A stretch of DNA of 52,067 bases from a virus (lineage: Duplodnaviria; Caudoviricetes), in IMG/VR virus record IMGVR_UViG_3300030098_005673, positions 1 to 52,067 of that record; one strand, written 5' to 3'. Below, one piece after another: positions 16,361 to 25,584 of the stretch. Numbering within the stretch: position 1 is the first letter of the stretch; every line of letters starts with the position of its first letter. The notes under the pieces are model-generated. The model had not been told where the DNA came from. It saw nothing but the letters and a program-made list of their open reading frames with translations, and did not search any database. A program made the position numbers and the translations under genes.

Positions 16361-18268
16361 ATGCCTGTCAAATCAGAAATCATCAAAGCGATGGCTGCTA
16401 GTGACTCAAGCGTAGTAAAAGCGAGAGTTCCTGCCAACTTCAAGGTCAGCACTGACTACCAACTAGAGCAGACCCTTCAGCAAAGCGGGGGCGGTTTTTC
16501 TAGCGACCACAGAAAAGAAGCTGAGATGTACACTGGATGGAACTACGTTGCCATCCATGCCATCGCTACTCAGTGCGGTCAGGCTGCTTGCTACGCCTAC
16601 TCTGAAGCTGACTCTATGCAGTCGGTTCAGAAGTCGATGTACAACGATAGGGATGATCAAGGTCGTCCTCTTTCCAAAGGAAGTCCCTTGCTTAAATTCC
16701 TTAAAAGGCCAAATCCAGAGCAGTCAGGGTCTTCATTCCGATTCGAAATGGCTTTGCAGTTAAAGCTAACTGGCAAGGTTTTGATCTGGAATATGCAAAA
16801 TAAATACGGAAAAGTTGTCCGTCGATATATCATTCCGACAGCAATTGTAGAGCCGAAGCAGCCTAGTAAAGATTTCCCAGATGGGTACTACAGAGTAAAG
16901 CCAGAGCTTGCACGACAGGGAGGCCAGCAAGGATGGTTTTTTGCGGGCCAGCACATGAGTTCTCTGGGCTACAATCTGGATGCAAAGTTTGTTCAGGTAA
17001 TTCTTGATCCTCATCCCGTTTACAGGGACGACGGGCAGTCTTCAGTGGCCGCTGGTGCTTTGTGGACTGATTCATCTAATCACATAGACACAGCCAGAAC
17101 CAACCATATGAGGCTTGGGCCAGATCCTTCAGTTCACGTTCACATAGCCGGGCAAATGGATGCGGCAGAGCTAAAGGGCGCAGAGTCTCGATTCAACCAA
17201 AAATACTGTGGAACAGACCGAGCAGGTCGGGCTATGTTCACCAGTGGTGACGGAGTTTCTGTCACGACCCTTTCCAACACGGCTAGAGACATGGCGTACG
17301 GGGAAGGCTTTACTCAGATGCGTGACGCTATCATGGCTCTGCATAAAGTTCCCCCAACTGCGGCTGGGATTGAGCAGGCTACAGGCGGCGAATCGCTTTA
17401 CGCACCACTGAAGCAATTTATTTATCTGACTATTCAGCCTATCTTAAACCTCTTTGCTGATGAAGATAACGAGAACTGGGTTTGGCAGTATGGCGAAGGC
17501 CACTATGTAGAATACCGAGCAAAGGCAATCGATGAGCCGGAGCAAAGAAACCGAGAACACGAAATTCTGATGAAGGCTGGAGCCATCACCAAGGGTGAGC
17601 TTCGGCTTAGAATGGGTATGCAGTTGTTCGGTGACGAGCGAGATGATGAAATGGCTGGTGCGGGGCAGGCTCCTTCTGGGATGGACCAAGGCGGGACTCC
17701 TGCCGCTATGGGAATGGACGGAGAAGATTCGGTAGCCAACCCCCCTCCTCAATTTTTTGGTTCGCAGAACGAAAACAATGAAGACTTTCAAAAACTTGAA
17801 AAATCTTTAGACGACCTTATATCTGAATTTAAATCAAACGAAATAGAAAAATGGGAACACGAGGAAAAAGCAGTCGAAAGCCAAAGCAAGGAAGCAAGCC
17901 CAAATCAGGCAAAGCCTGACGGCGATAGCGATCCAGAGCAAAGTTTTGCTAAAGAAAAAACGATCATGGGTTTTTCACTGGAAGGTCTAACGGAAGATCA
18001 AATAGAAAAACTTCAAGAACATAAAGAGCATCATACACGTTTTCACATAGGCTTGATGATTGATGCTATGAGAGAAGGTATGACTTTTAATCAGTCACAC
18101 TTAATTGCAAAGGAAAAAGAAAGTTTAGAGGCCGAAGATAAGAGTTTGTGGATTGGTTATGTTGGGCCTAGAGGCGGCAAAGGCTGGCGGCATAGAGAGA
18201 CAGGAGAGATTGACAGAGGAAAGGTTCGCCCTGATGAGCGAAGATCGAGTGGTAGGAGAGCTACATAA
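16361..18268 (+). CDS. Portal protein (HK97-type) with C-terminal extension
   Basis: AIHAIATQCG, LKRPNPEQS, LKLTGK, IMALHKVPP, TIQPIL, GAITKGELR motifs; first gene of head cluster. Confidence 0.9.
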   Translation: MPVKSEIIKAMAASDSSVVKARVPANFKVSTDYQLEQTLQQSGGGFSSDHRKEAEMYTGWNYVAIHAIATQCGQAACYAYSEADSMQSVQKSMYNDRDDQGRPLSKGSPLLKFLKRPNPEQSGSSFRFEMALQLKLTGKVLIWNMQNKYGKVVRRYIIPTAIVEPKQPSKDFPDGYYRVKPELARQGGQQGWFFAGQHMSSLGYNLDAKFVQVILDPHPVYRDDGQSSVAAGALWTDSSNHIDTARTNHMRLGPDPSVHVHIAGQMDAAELKGAESRFNQKYCGTDRAGRAMFTSGDGVSVTTLSNTARDMAYGEGFTQMRDAIMALHKVPPTAAGIEQATGGESLYAPLKQFIYLTIQPILNLFADEDNENWVWQYGEGHYVEYRAKAIDEPEQRNREHEILMKAGAITKGELRLRMGMQLFGDERDDEMAGAGQAPSGMDQGGTPAAMGMDGEDSVANPPPQFFGSQNENNEDFQKLEKSLDDLISEFKSNEIEKWEHEEKAVESQSKEASPNQAKPDGDSDPEQSFAKEKTIMGFSLEGLTEDQIEKLQEHKEHHTRFHIGLMIDAMREGMTFNQSHLIAKEKESLEAEDKSLWIGYVGPRGGKGWRHRETGEIDRGKVRPDERRSSGRRAT

Positions 18269-18458
18269 AAACATCCTCTGCTACCCTGCTAGCACTAAAA
18301 ACGACGGGCTGCCCGTCAAAGTGATTGTGTTAGAGATGAGGGCAAAAGAGGGCGGCACAGAGTATAAGTTTTTAACTATCGACACCGCACGAAAATTAAG
18401 ACAGGATATCGGGGAAGCCTTTGTGGAAATTCTCGAAGAGTGGCAAAAGGAAATATAA
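18234..18458 (+). CDS. Hypothetical protein
   Basis: ORF bridging portal and MuF-like gene. Confidence 0.5.
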   Translation: MSEDRVVGELHKNILCYPASTKNDGLPVKVIVLEMRAKEGGTEYKFLTIDTARKLRQDIGEAFVEILEEWQKEI

Positions 18459-19248
18459 AGTGCCAGACTATTCAAAGAGAAAAGAACGGGAAGAAGATAT
18501 AGCGGCAGCGCTTGCTCCTGTTTTTGATGAATATCGAGAGTCTTCTATAGCGATCTACAACAATTCCGGCGAGCTTCCGTCTCGCGGGTTTTGGGAGACG
18601 ATGAAAAAGCGGCTTGCTTCCGCAGTTGAGCCGATTATTGCGCTAGTCGAATCTGATGCTTTAAATGCAATGCTTGTTCCTGCGTTCTCTAGTCTGACGA
18701 CTCCTGAAAACAATAGCAAAATTATTCGTGATGCAAAAAAACGAGCCGAGGAGTTTTCTGCAAACTTCAGCGACATGGTGCTGACCAACATCTCAGAAAA
18801 GGTTCCAAAAGCCAAACAGGAAAAGGAAGGCGTTTCTGTTTTTGTTCAGTCAATGTTCGAGGACATATTCGCTGACAACAAAAAAACCATTATTGCCGTA
18901 GGCTTAGTAACTGCTGCAATAACAGCGGGGGAAATGTTTGCGGCAATTTTTATCACAGCTTTGATAAACACTAGAGCAGTAGCGTCTGCAATTCTAGAAG
19001 AAAGGCCAGAAAGGATGGGTCCGGCTACTGTTGATTACGAAGGTATTCCAGCAATCGACTCAGATCCGGATGTCCTTTTTGAGATGATTCCAACTTGGAT
19101 GACTCAAGAAGACGCTTTAGTTTGTCCTATATGTGGCCCGCTTCATGGAAAGACCAAAGAAAACTGGGGGGAGTTTGATGGTCCGCCGGCGCACTATATG
19201 TGTCGGTGTTTTCTTGAGTGGGTCATACGTCTTAGCAACGAGGCTTAA
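18421..19248 (+). CDS. MuF/SPP1 gp7-like head morphogenesis (minor capsid) protein
   Basis: C-terminal WMTQED.LVCPICGPLHG...PPAHYMCRC. Confidence 0.85.
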   Translation: MWKFSKSGKRKYKVPDYSKRKEREEDIAAALAPVFDEYRESSIAIYNNSGELPSRGFWETMKKRLASAVEPIIALVESDALNAMLVPAFSSLTTPENNSKIIRDAKKRAEEFSANFSDMVLTNISEKVPKAKQEKEGVSVFVQSMFEDIFADNKKTIIAVGLVTAAITAGEMFAAIFITALINTRAVASAILEERPERMGPATVDYEGIPAIDSDPDVLFEMIPTWMTQEDALVCPICGPLHGKTKENWGEFDGPPAHYMCRCFLEWVIRLSNEA

Positions 19249-19261
19249 CCCCCAAATCTAA

Positions 19262-20443
19262 ATGAATAAATCAGAAGCTGAAGGTCTTTTGAGTTTTTGC
19301 AGGTCCGACAGCCAGCGAAGAGTCATGCAGGCTATTGTAGATTCTGGAAGTCGGCACGCTGCCTCCAGAGTTTTGGGTCTTCACCACAAAACCGTAAACA
19401 CTACGGCGGCTAGGGTCAAGGCTTACGCCTGCGACCGGGGATACTCTCCCGATCACGACATGGTACACCCAACTCCAGAGGGTTATTTTGTCGAGAAGAT
19501 GACGCATCAGCATTCCGGCGATGGTCAACTCGAAAGAGTTTGGACTAAATCAAAGAAAAACGCTGAAGAGATAGAAGCAAACATGAGAGCTTTTGTAGAG
19601 GCTCTTTGTGAAGACATCACTCCTTACAAAAAAATAAAGCTCCCCAAAGGCAAAAGAGCATCACGGCTAAAAACAAATTTAATTATCGGAGATGCACATC
19701 TTGGAATGTTTGCTTGGGGGCAAGAGACGGGGCGAGAAAATCACAACTTAAATATCGGACTGCGAGATTTGAAATCAGCAGCCGAATATTTAATTGAAAC
19801 ATCCCCAGCGTCAGAAACAATCGCTATCATCAACCTTGGGGACTTGCTCCACTGTAACGACCCCTCCTTCCAAACGCCTGCCAGCGGAAATCAGCTAGAC
19901 CATGACGGAAGATTTCCTAAAGTAGCCAGAGCCGCTGGCGAGTTTATGCGGCACGTTGTCTTAAAGAGCCTAGAAAAGTTTAATCAAGTTGAAGTTTATA
20001 ACGTGCGGGGCAATCACGATTCTTCGGCGGCGTTTTGGATAAATTATGTTTTAGAGGCTTACTTTGCGAAGAACAAAAGAGTCAAGGTTGTTCGCAATGA
20101 AACAAAGATGTTGAGCTATTCTTTTGGAAGTAATTTTGTGCCTTTAGACCACGGAGAGAAGGGTTTTAAGCGGCTCCATGAGGCTATTACTAGGGACTGC
20201 CGCCAAGAGCATGGTGCTGCGAAATACACCTATTGCTGGACAGGCCATATTCATCATAAGGTCAGGGACGAGATTGGAGGGGTTCATTTCGAGGCATTTA
20301 ACACCTTGATACCTCCCGATCAGTACCACGCTGACAAGGGCTATGGTTCAGCTCAGTCGATGACCTCGATTGTTTTGGACTTAGAGTACGGCGAGGTTGA
20401 CCGAAAAATTTGTTCACTCAACTTGGCTCGAAGCTTTCAATGA
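19262..20443 (+). CDS. Calcineurin-like metallophosphoesterase with N-terminal HTH
   Basis: GDAHLG, GDLLH, GNHD, DHGE, GHIHH motifs; N-terminal SRHAASRVLGLHHKTV. Confidence 0.85.
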   Translation: MNKSEAEGLLSFCRSDSQRRVMQAIVDSGSRHAASRVLGLHHKTVNTTAARVKAYACDRGYSPDHDMVHPTPEGYFVEKMTHQHSGDGQLERVWTKSKKNAEEIEANMRAFVEALCEDITPYKKIKLPKGKRASRLKTNLIIGDAHLGMFAWGQETGRENHNLNIGLRDLKSAAEYLIETSPASETIAIINLGDLLHCNDPSFQTPASGNQLDHDGRFPKVARAAGEFMRHVVLKSLEKFNQVEVYNVRGNHDSSAAFWINYVLEAYFAKNKRVKVVRNETKMLSYSFGSNFVPLDHGEKGFKRLHEAITRDCRQEHGAAKYTYCWTGHIHHKVRDEIGGVHFEAFNTLIPPDQYHADKGYGSAQSMTSIVLDLEYGEVDRKICSLNLARSFQ

Positions 20444-20748
20444 TTAACTGGCCTTCACACGTTCAGGTTTTACACGTCAAATACGAGGTAATTCTAAAGC
20501 CCAGAACGGAAATGAAGGAAGATGACGGTTTTTGCTGCGATGACCGGCTTTTGATATGCGTTTGCTCTGACTTACCTGTTCAAAATCAAATCGAAACATT
20601 TTGGCACGAGATAAAGCACGCAGTAAACTGCCAAATGGATTTAAGCGATGACAGTACGGAAGAAGATTTTGTTTTAAGAGGGGCCAAGGGGGAGTTGGCA
20701 GTGATGAAAGACAACCCCTGCTTGATGGAAATGTTTCGCCTGCTGTAA
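20440..20748 (+). CDS. Small zincin-like HExxH protein
   Basis: ETFWHEIKHA followed by EE.FV. Confidence 0.7.
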   Translation: MINWPSHVQVLHVKYEVILKPRTEMKEDDGFCCDDRLLICVCSDLPVQNQIETFWHEIKHAVNCQMDLSDDSTEEDFVLRGAKGELAVMKDNPCLMEMFRLL

Positions 20749-20792
20749 AGTGGGGTTGCACGTCACTTTGAGATACTGGTAATTTTAGCCCG

Positions 20793-21980
20793 ATGGAAAG
20801 ACAGCGTAACAAACTCGGCACTTTTTTTAATCTGGATGGCTCGCAGGGGTATACCTCTGTGGGGTCTGTTGGCTTTGACGTAAACGAGATGTCAGCCACT
20901 GCTGTAATCACCACGCCAGCTTGGGATAGAACAAACGATTCACTGAACCCTGAAGGGGGTTCTACTGAAAAGTATAAATCTAACCCAGTTGTTTTGTGGG
21001 ACCACGGCAAGGACATCACCATCCCTGTTGCAAAGTGCGAAGACAGAAAAGGCAACTTGTCAATCGTGAAGTCGAAAGACGGATGGATTGGCACAAGCTA
21101 TTTTTCTTCTAAGTCTAAACAGTCAGAGCAGATTTTTGATCTAATCACCGAAGGGATTATCCGGGCAACGTCTGTTCGGTTTTGTCCTTTGGAGCAGCCG
21201 ATCATTAAAAGCCAAGGACGTTTGTTTAATTCTTGGGAATTAGAAGAGTGGTCTTGGTGTCCTATCGGAGTCAACCCCGAAGCAATTCGCTGTGCTTTAT
21301 CTTCTGGCCGACTGGCTGGATCACAGATGGACGGTTCGATTCGTAAATCGTTAATGTCGGCTGTCCCAGAACAACAAACTAAATCTTTTAAGATAGGCTG
21401 GGAGAATATGAACCAGAATATGACCGGGGAGAAGCTCGGCTCGCTAATTTTGCAAGCTACTCACTCCCAGTTACACGCTTGCTCGAAGAATGTCAAAAAG
21501 GCAATGTCGAGCTTAGAAAATCCAAACACAGAGAGCTTGCTCAACGAAGTGCTTGAGGCCATGAAGAATCTCATGGGCGCACTCGAAGGTGGACATAAGT
21601 CTGAGTACAAAGATGATATGCCTTCCTACGACGATGAAGCGACTGGTCCAGAAGAAATGAAGGGTCGTGGAATGTATGGAGATGAGGAAGAAGAAGAGAT
21701 GATGAAGTCTTTTCTTTCCAAAAATCCCTTGCAGCGTTTCAACGTCTTGAACATGAGCGGCAAGCTCGACGCAATCAGCAAGTCTGTGGAAGGCCAAAGT
21801 GCTGTAGCAATCGCCTCGATTGCAAAAAGCTGGTCTGACCTAGTTACTGAAGCTGGTAATGTAAAACAAGTATCTCCCAAGATTGAAAAATTGGACGGAG
21901 ATATTTCCGAGGTACGGGAAGCGGTTTCTCACCTCAAGTCTCTAATTAAGGAACAAGTTCCTTTTAGCAGGAGTAAGTAA
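20793..21980 (+). CDS. HK97-family prohead protease with scaffold-like C-terminus
   Basis: DRTNDSL.PEG, NPVVLWDH, RATSVRF, LEEWSWCPIGVNPEA; directly upstream of capsid gene. Confidence 0.9.
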   Translation: MERQRNKLGTFFNLDGSQGYTSVGSVGFDVNEMSATAVITTPAWDRTNDSLNPEGGSTEKYKSNPVVLWDHGKDITIPVAKCEDRKGNLSIVKSKDGWIGTSYFSSKSKQSEQIFDLITEGIIRATSVRFCPLEQPIIKSQGRLFNSWELEEWSWCPIGVNPEAIRCALSSGRLAGSQMDGSIRKSLMSAVPEQQTKSFKIGWENMNQNMTGEKLGSLILQATHSQLHACSKNVKKAMSSLENPNTESLLNEVLEAMKNLMGALEGGHKSEYKDDMPSYDDEATGPEEMKGRGMYGDEEEEEMMKSFLSKNPLQRFNVLNMSGKLDAISKSVEGQSAVAIASIAKSWSDLVTEAGNVKQVSPKIEKLDGDISEVREAVSHLKSLIKEQVPFSRSK

Positions 21981-23251
21981 TGTCTGATATTAAGACACCT
22001 GAGCAACAGATTGCAGAACTGAAAAGCGAGGTCGGTGATCTGACTGCCGCTCTAAAGACTGCTGCTGAAGGCTCTATCGTAAAGTCTCACAGTGACTCAT
22101 CAGCGTCATATTGGGGCGAAGCTGAAGAAGTGGCAACGATTAATGCCAATAACGCTGGCCATCGCAGCAACTATGTTGCTGAAGGTTGGCAGGGTTGTGG
22201 CAAATCGGAATTTAAATCTTTTGGCGATTTCCTGAAGTCGGGCTATGCTGCAAAAGGTCAGGGCGAATGGCGCAAACAAGCGTTGACTCCTTACCAGCCA
22301 GTAATGAAAGCCGTTCAGGGTATGAGCGAGCAAGTTGGTGCTGACGGTGGATTCATGGTTTACCCTGAATTTTCCAAGAGCATTCTTGAGCGAGTTTACG
22401 AAAACGACATTTTTGCCCAGACCGACAACTACACGGTTGGTGGCAACTCTTTGACGTTTACTCGCAACGCTGAAACAAGCCGAGCTAACGGAAGCCGTCA
22501 CGGTGGCGTTCGTGGTTACTGGGTTGCTGAAGGCGGCTCGTTGACCAAATCTAACCCAACTCTGGCTCAAGTTTCTTTGCGACTGAAGAAATGTGCTGTT
22601 TTGGTTTACCTGACAGACGAAATTCTTCAGGACACTGGTTCTTCCTTGGAAGATTACGTTTCTCGCTGTGCCGCTGCTGAATTTAACTTCATGCTCGGCG
22701 ATGCAGTATTCAACGGAACTGGCGCTGGTCAGCCTTTGGGAATCACCAACGGCGGATCATTGGTTTCTGTTGCCAAGGAATCTGGTCAAGCTGCTGATAC
22801 AATCGTATCTGCTAACATTGACAAAATGTGGGCGCGACGAGCCATGGGTTCTAACAAGTACCAGTGGTTCCACCATCAAGATTGTGGTGCAGAGATCGAC
22901 GATCTTGGATTCGACGTTGGAAACGGTGGCGTTCCGCTCTACCGCACCAACAACAGCATTGCAGAGCAGTCTCCACAGACTCTCAAAGGTGCTAAACGAA
23001 CCGAAACTGAATTTAACGCCACCCTTGGTGACGCTAATGACATTATTCTCGCTGACCTATCTCAGTACCTGACTATTTCTAAGGGTGGCATCACTCAAGA
23101 AGCTTCGATTCACGTCGAATTCTTGACTGATCAGACTGCTCTGCGATTTGTGATGAGAGTAGATGGCCGTCCATGGGAGGATTCTTCCGTTCAGCAGTAC
23201 AAGGGTTCAAACACTCAGTCTGCTTACATTAACTTGGCCGCACGAGCATAG
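21980..23251 (+). CDS. Major capsid protein (HK97 fold)
   Basis: GADGGFMVYPEF, WVAEGG, LTDEILQD, GTGAGQPLGI, DQTALRFVMRVDG. Confidence 0.95.
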   Translation: MSDIKTPEQQIAELKSEVGDLTAALKTAAEGSIVKSHSDSSASYWGEAEEVATINANNAGHRSNYVAEGWQGCGKSEFKSFGDFLKSGYAAKGQGEWRKQALTPYQPVMKAVQGMSEQVGADGGFMVYPEFSKSILERVYENDIFAQTDNYTVGGNSLTFTRNAETSRANGSRHGGVRGYWVAEGGSLTKSNPTLAQVSLRLKKCAVLVYLTDEILQDTGSSLEDYVSRCAAAEFNFMLGDAVFNGTGAGQPLGITNGGSLVSVAKESGQAADTIVSANIDKMWARRAMGSNKYQWFHHQDCGAEIDDLGFDVGNGGVPLYRTNNSIAEQSPQTLKGAKRTETEFNATLGDANDIILADLSQYLTISKGGITQEASIHVEFLTDQTALRFVMRVDGRPWEDSSVQQYKGSNTQSAYINLAARA

Positions 23252-23261
23252 GAGTAAGAAT

Positions 23262-23774
23262 ATGTTTAACAAAACCCTCTTCGAACAGGGAATTAACATC
23301 ATTCCTGATGTTGCTCCTGTTGATTTCGATGCCGATCAGGCTGGCGATTACGTCAACTTGGCAAATGTAGACAGGGCTTATTTCTGTCTGTATTGTGCAG
23401 CAGGTTCAAGCGGAACCATGCACATTGACATGAACCAAGCTCAAGACGCTTCTGGTACTGGCGTAAAAGCACTTACGTTTTCTCGCTACTACTACAAGGT
23501 TGCTGACAACCTTTCTACGGTTGGACAGTTTACTGAAGTTGAGCTAGACACGGCTGTATCAGACCTTGACTTGGCTGGAACAGACGTTCAAGACGATCAA
23601 TTTATGATTGTTATTGAAATTCCGGCTGACAGCCTAGACGTAAACGGTGGTTTTACACACGTACAGCAGCAAAACGAAGGTGACAATCTTGGCGCTGCTC
23701 GATTGTGTGCAAGTTGGTGGATTTTGACTGGCGACGCATATGCCAAGTCGGTTCCTAACTCTGCAATCGCGTAG
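23262..23774 (+). CDS. Probable head decoration/cement protein
   Basis: AGGAG RBS; beta-rich 170-aa ORF immediately after capsid gene and before a strong terminator. Confidence 0.55.
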   Translation: MFNKTLFEQGINIIPDVAPVDFDADQAGDYVNLANVDRAYFCLYCAAGSSGTMHIDMNQAQDASGTGVKALTFSRYYYKVADNLSTVGQFTEVELDTAVSDLDLAGTDVQDDQFMIVIEIPADSLDVNGGFTHVQQQNEGDNLGAARLCASWWILTGDAYAKSVPNSAIA

Positions 23775-23808
23775 AACGACAACTAGGGAGAACTCCCTAT
23801 TTCCATAC

Positions 23809-23846
23809 GGGACTCCCAGAGCTTTTCTGGGAGTCCTTTTTTTTTC
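23809..23846 (+). terminator. Intrinsic terminator
   Basis: GGACTCCCAGA/TCTGGGAGTCC stem plus T9. Confidence 0.85.
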
Positions 23847-23867
23847 TTTAATCTGAGGTAAGCGACA

Positions 23868-24410
23868 ATGGCAGAAGCCAAAAACAAGACAACAACTAAA
23901 ACAGCGACACCAAAAGCCGCTAGTGTAAAAACCAGCGAAGCTGTTCCGGCCAGCGAAGTAAATGACATGAGTTTGCTGGAGCGTACTGCTTTAGAGATTT
24001 ACAAGTCTCTGGCACTTAGCAACAAAGCGTTTGACGTTAATTTGCTGGCAAAAAAAGCATTTCAGCTTGCTGCTCCTTTTGAGGCAGAAGCAAATCGCGT
24101 TCTTTCGGGCGGCGTTATCGAGACGTTTGAAAAAACCCGGAGCATTCCAGAAGTTACTGTTTTCCCTTGGGTTACAAGCACCGAGTACGGCGTTTACACC
24201 AAGCAAGAAAAAACTGACGAGCATGGTCGCAGGATCGCAGTAACCCTGAAGGGCGACCCGGACGGAGAGCATCCTAACCTGCCTCCAGACCACCCCCACA
24301 ACCAGCAGTTTTTTATGGCTCGTGACATGATGGGACTCGATGTTCCGTCACGCTATAAGCGGGCTTTGCAAGAACACAAAGAAAAACTTGCTGAAATAGC
24401 AAGCGAGTAG
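23868..24410 (+). CDS. Hypothetical protein
   Basis: GAGG RBS; Lys/Thr/Ala-rich N-terminus. Confidence 0.75.
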   Translation: MAEAKNKTTTKTATPKAASVKTSEAVPASEVNDMSLLERTALEIYKSLALSNKAFDVNLLAKKAFQLAAPFEAEANRVLSGGVIETFEKTRSIPEVTVFPWVTSTEYGVYTKQEKTDEHGRRIAVTLKGDPDGEHPNLPPDHPHNQQFFMARDMMGLDVPSRYKRALQEHKEKLAEIASE

Positions 24411-24421
24411 CAGGCGAGTGT

Positions 24422-24453
24422 GGGGCTGCTAACTTGCAGCCCCTTTGCTTTTT
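24422..24453 (+). terminator. Intrinsic terminator
   Basis: GGGGCTGC/GCAGCCCC stem followed by TTTGCTTTTT. Confidence 0.65.
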
Positions 24454-24468
24454 CAAGGAGAGAGTAGC

Positions 24469-25584
24469 GTGGCAGTTCAAGAATTATACATCGATCATAC
24501 GGGCGGAACCGATCCCGGTCCTGAGCCGGGAAGTGGTGGTGATGGTTCGATAGGAAACCCGTACAAAACACTAAGCGTAGCCTTTACAAATATTCCAACA
24601 ACCAGTTCGGTCATACGTATAAACGTAAAGAACACTTCCAGCAGCAATAAAATGACCAGCTTGGGAAGCTTGCCGTCGGGGAGGTCAGTGGCAACCTCTG
24701 TTGTGATTGCACCATATTCAAGTGCGGCAGGAGACACTGAAGATTTAGTCTACCTAGATGCGGGAGGCTCTAACAATGCCTTTAACCAGCCGAATGACGA
24801 TGCTATAGCGTGGAACAGATGCCATTTTTCAAACACAGCAGGCGGTCAATTTTTCGACTTGGATAATAATATTATCATGTTCCGGTGTGTGTTTGATGGT
24901 TGTAACCCAGAATCCGACAACGCTATGCAGGCATGGTTTTGCGAATTCAAAAATGCTCCGTCTGAAGTTTTCAAATCTGGTGGCAATTCAGGTATGTATC
25001 ACTGCGTTGTAACCGGCAGTGGTGAGGCGACAGGTACGCCTATTACGTGTGCCAATATGGTTGGCAACGTGATTTACTGGACGGGTTCAAGGGATCATCT
25101 GGCAAGAGGCAACTCGGCCTCAAACCTCTGCATCAACAACAGCTTTATTTATAACAATGCAGTTCATTCGGTTGGGGACGGATATGGCTATCGAGTCGAT
25201 GATCAGTCTTGGTGTGCTTTCAATTACTTTGAATCCTGTGCAAGAGCGATAGATGCGGAGAATAATTCAGAAGTAGTTCTTAAATCTCCTAATGCTTTCT
25301 ACAACAACACCGTAAACCGTTACACAATGGGTTCAAACAGAGTTGACATGACTCTGCCAATAGCAGCCGCCGATTACAACTTGTCAGCAAGCGGAATGCC
25401 TAACGCTGGATCGTCAAATTACACGATTTCAAGCGAACTGGCGGCTTTACGAACAAATCAGTATAGTCCATTTCCGGGGTCATCGACGACATATGAAGCG
25501 CTGTTTGGCGCTCCATTTCAGTCCGCAGGCGGTGGAACTACAGGCAGGCAGGGACTACACGGTATAGAAACAGGATCAGTTTAA
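24469..25584 (+). CDS. Beta-helix (pectin-lyase-like) virion fibre/spike candidate
   Basis: GDGSIGNPYKTL..A motif; Asn/Cys-rich strands (C.F.N); AAGGAG RBS before GTG. Confidence 0.6.
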   Translation: MAVQELYIDHTGGTDPGPEPGSGGDGSIGNPYKTLSVAFTNIPTTSSVIRINVKNTSSSNKMTSLGSLPSGRSVATSVVIAPYSSAAGDTEDLVYLDAGGSNNAFNQPNDDAIAWNRCHFSNTAGGQFFDLDNNIIMFRCVFDGCNPESDNAMQAWFCEFKNAPSEVFKSGGNSGMYHCVVTGSGEATGTPITCANMVGNVIYWTGSRDHLARGNSASNLCINNSFIYNNAVHSVGDGYGYRVDDQSWCAFNYFESCARAIDAENNSEVVLKSPNAFYNNTVNRYTMGSNRVDMTLPIAAADYNLSASGMPNAGSSNYTISSELAALRTNQYSPFPGSSTTYEALFGAPFQSAGGGTTGRQGLHGIETGSV

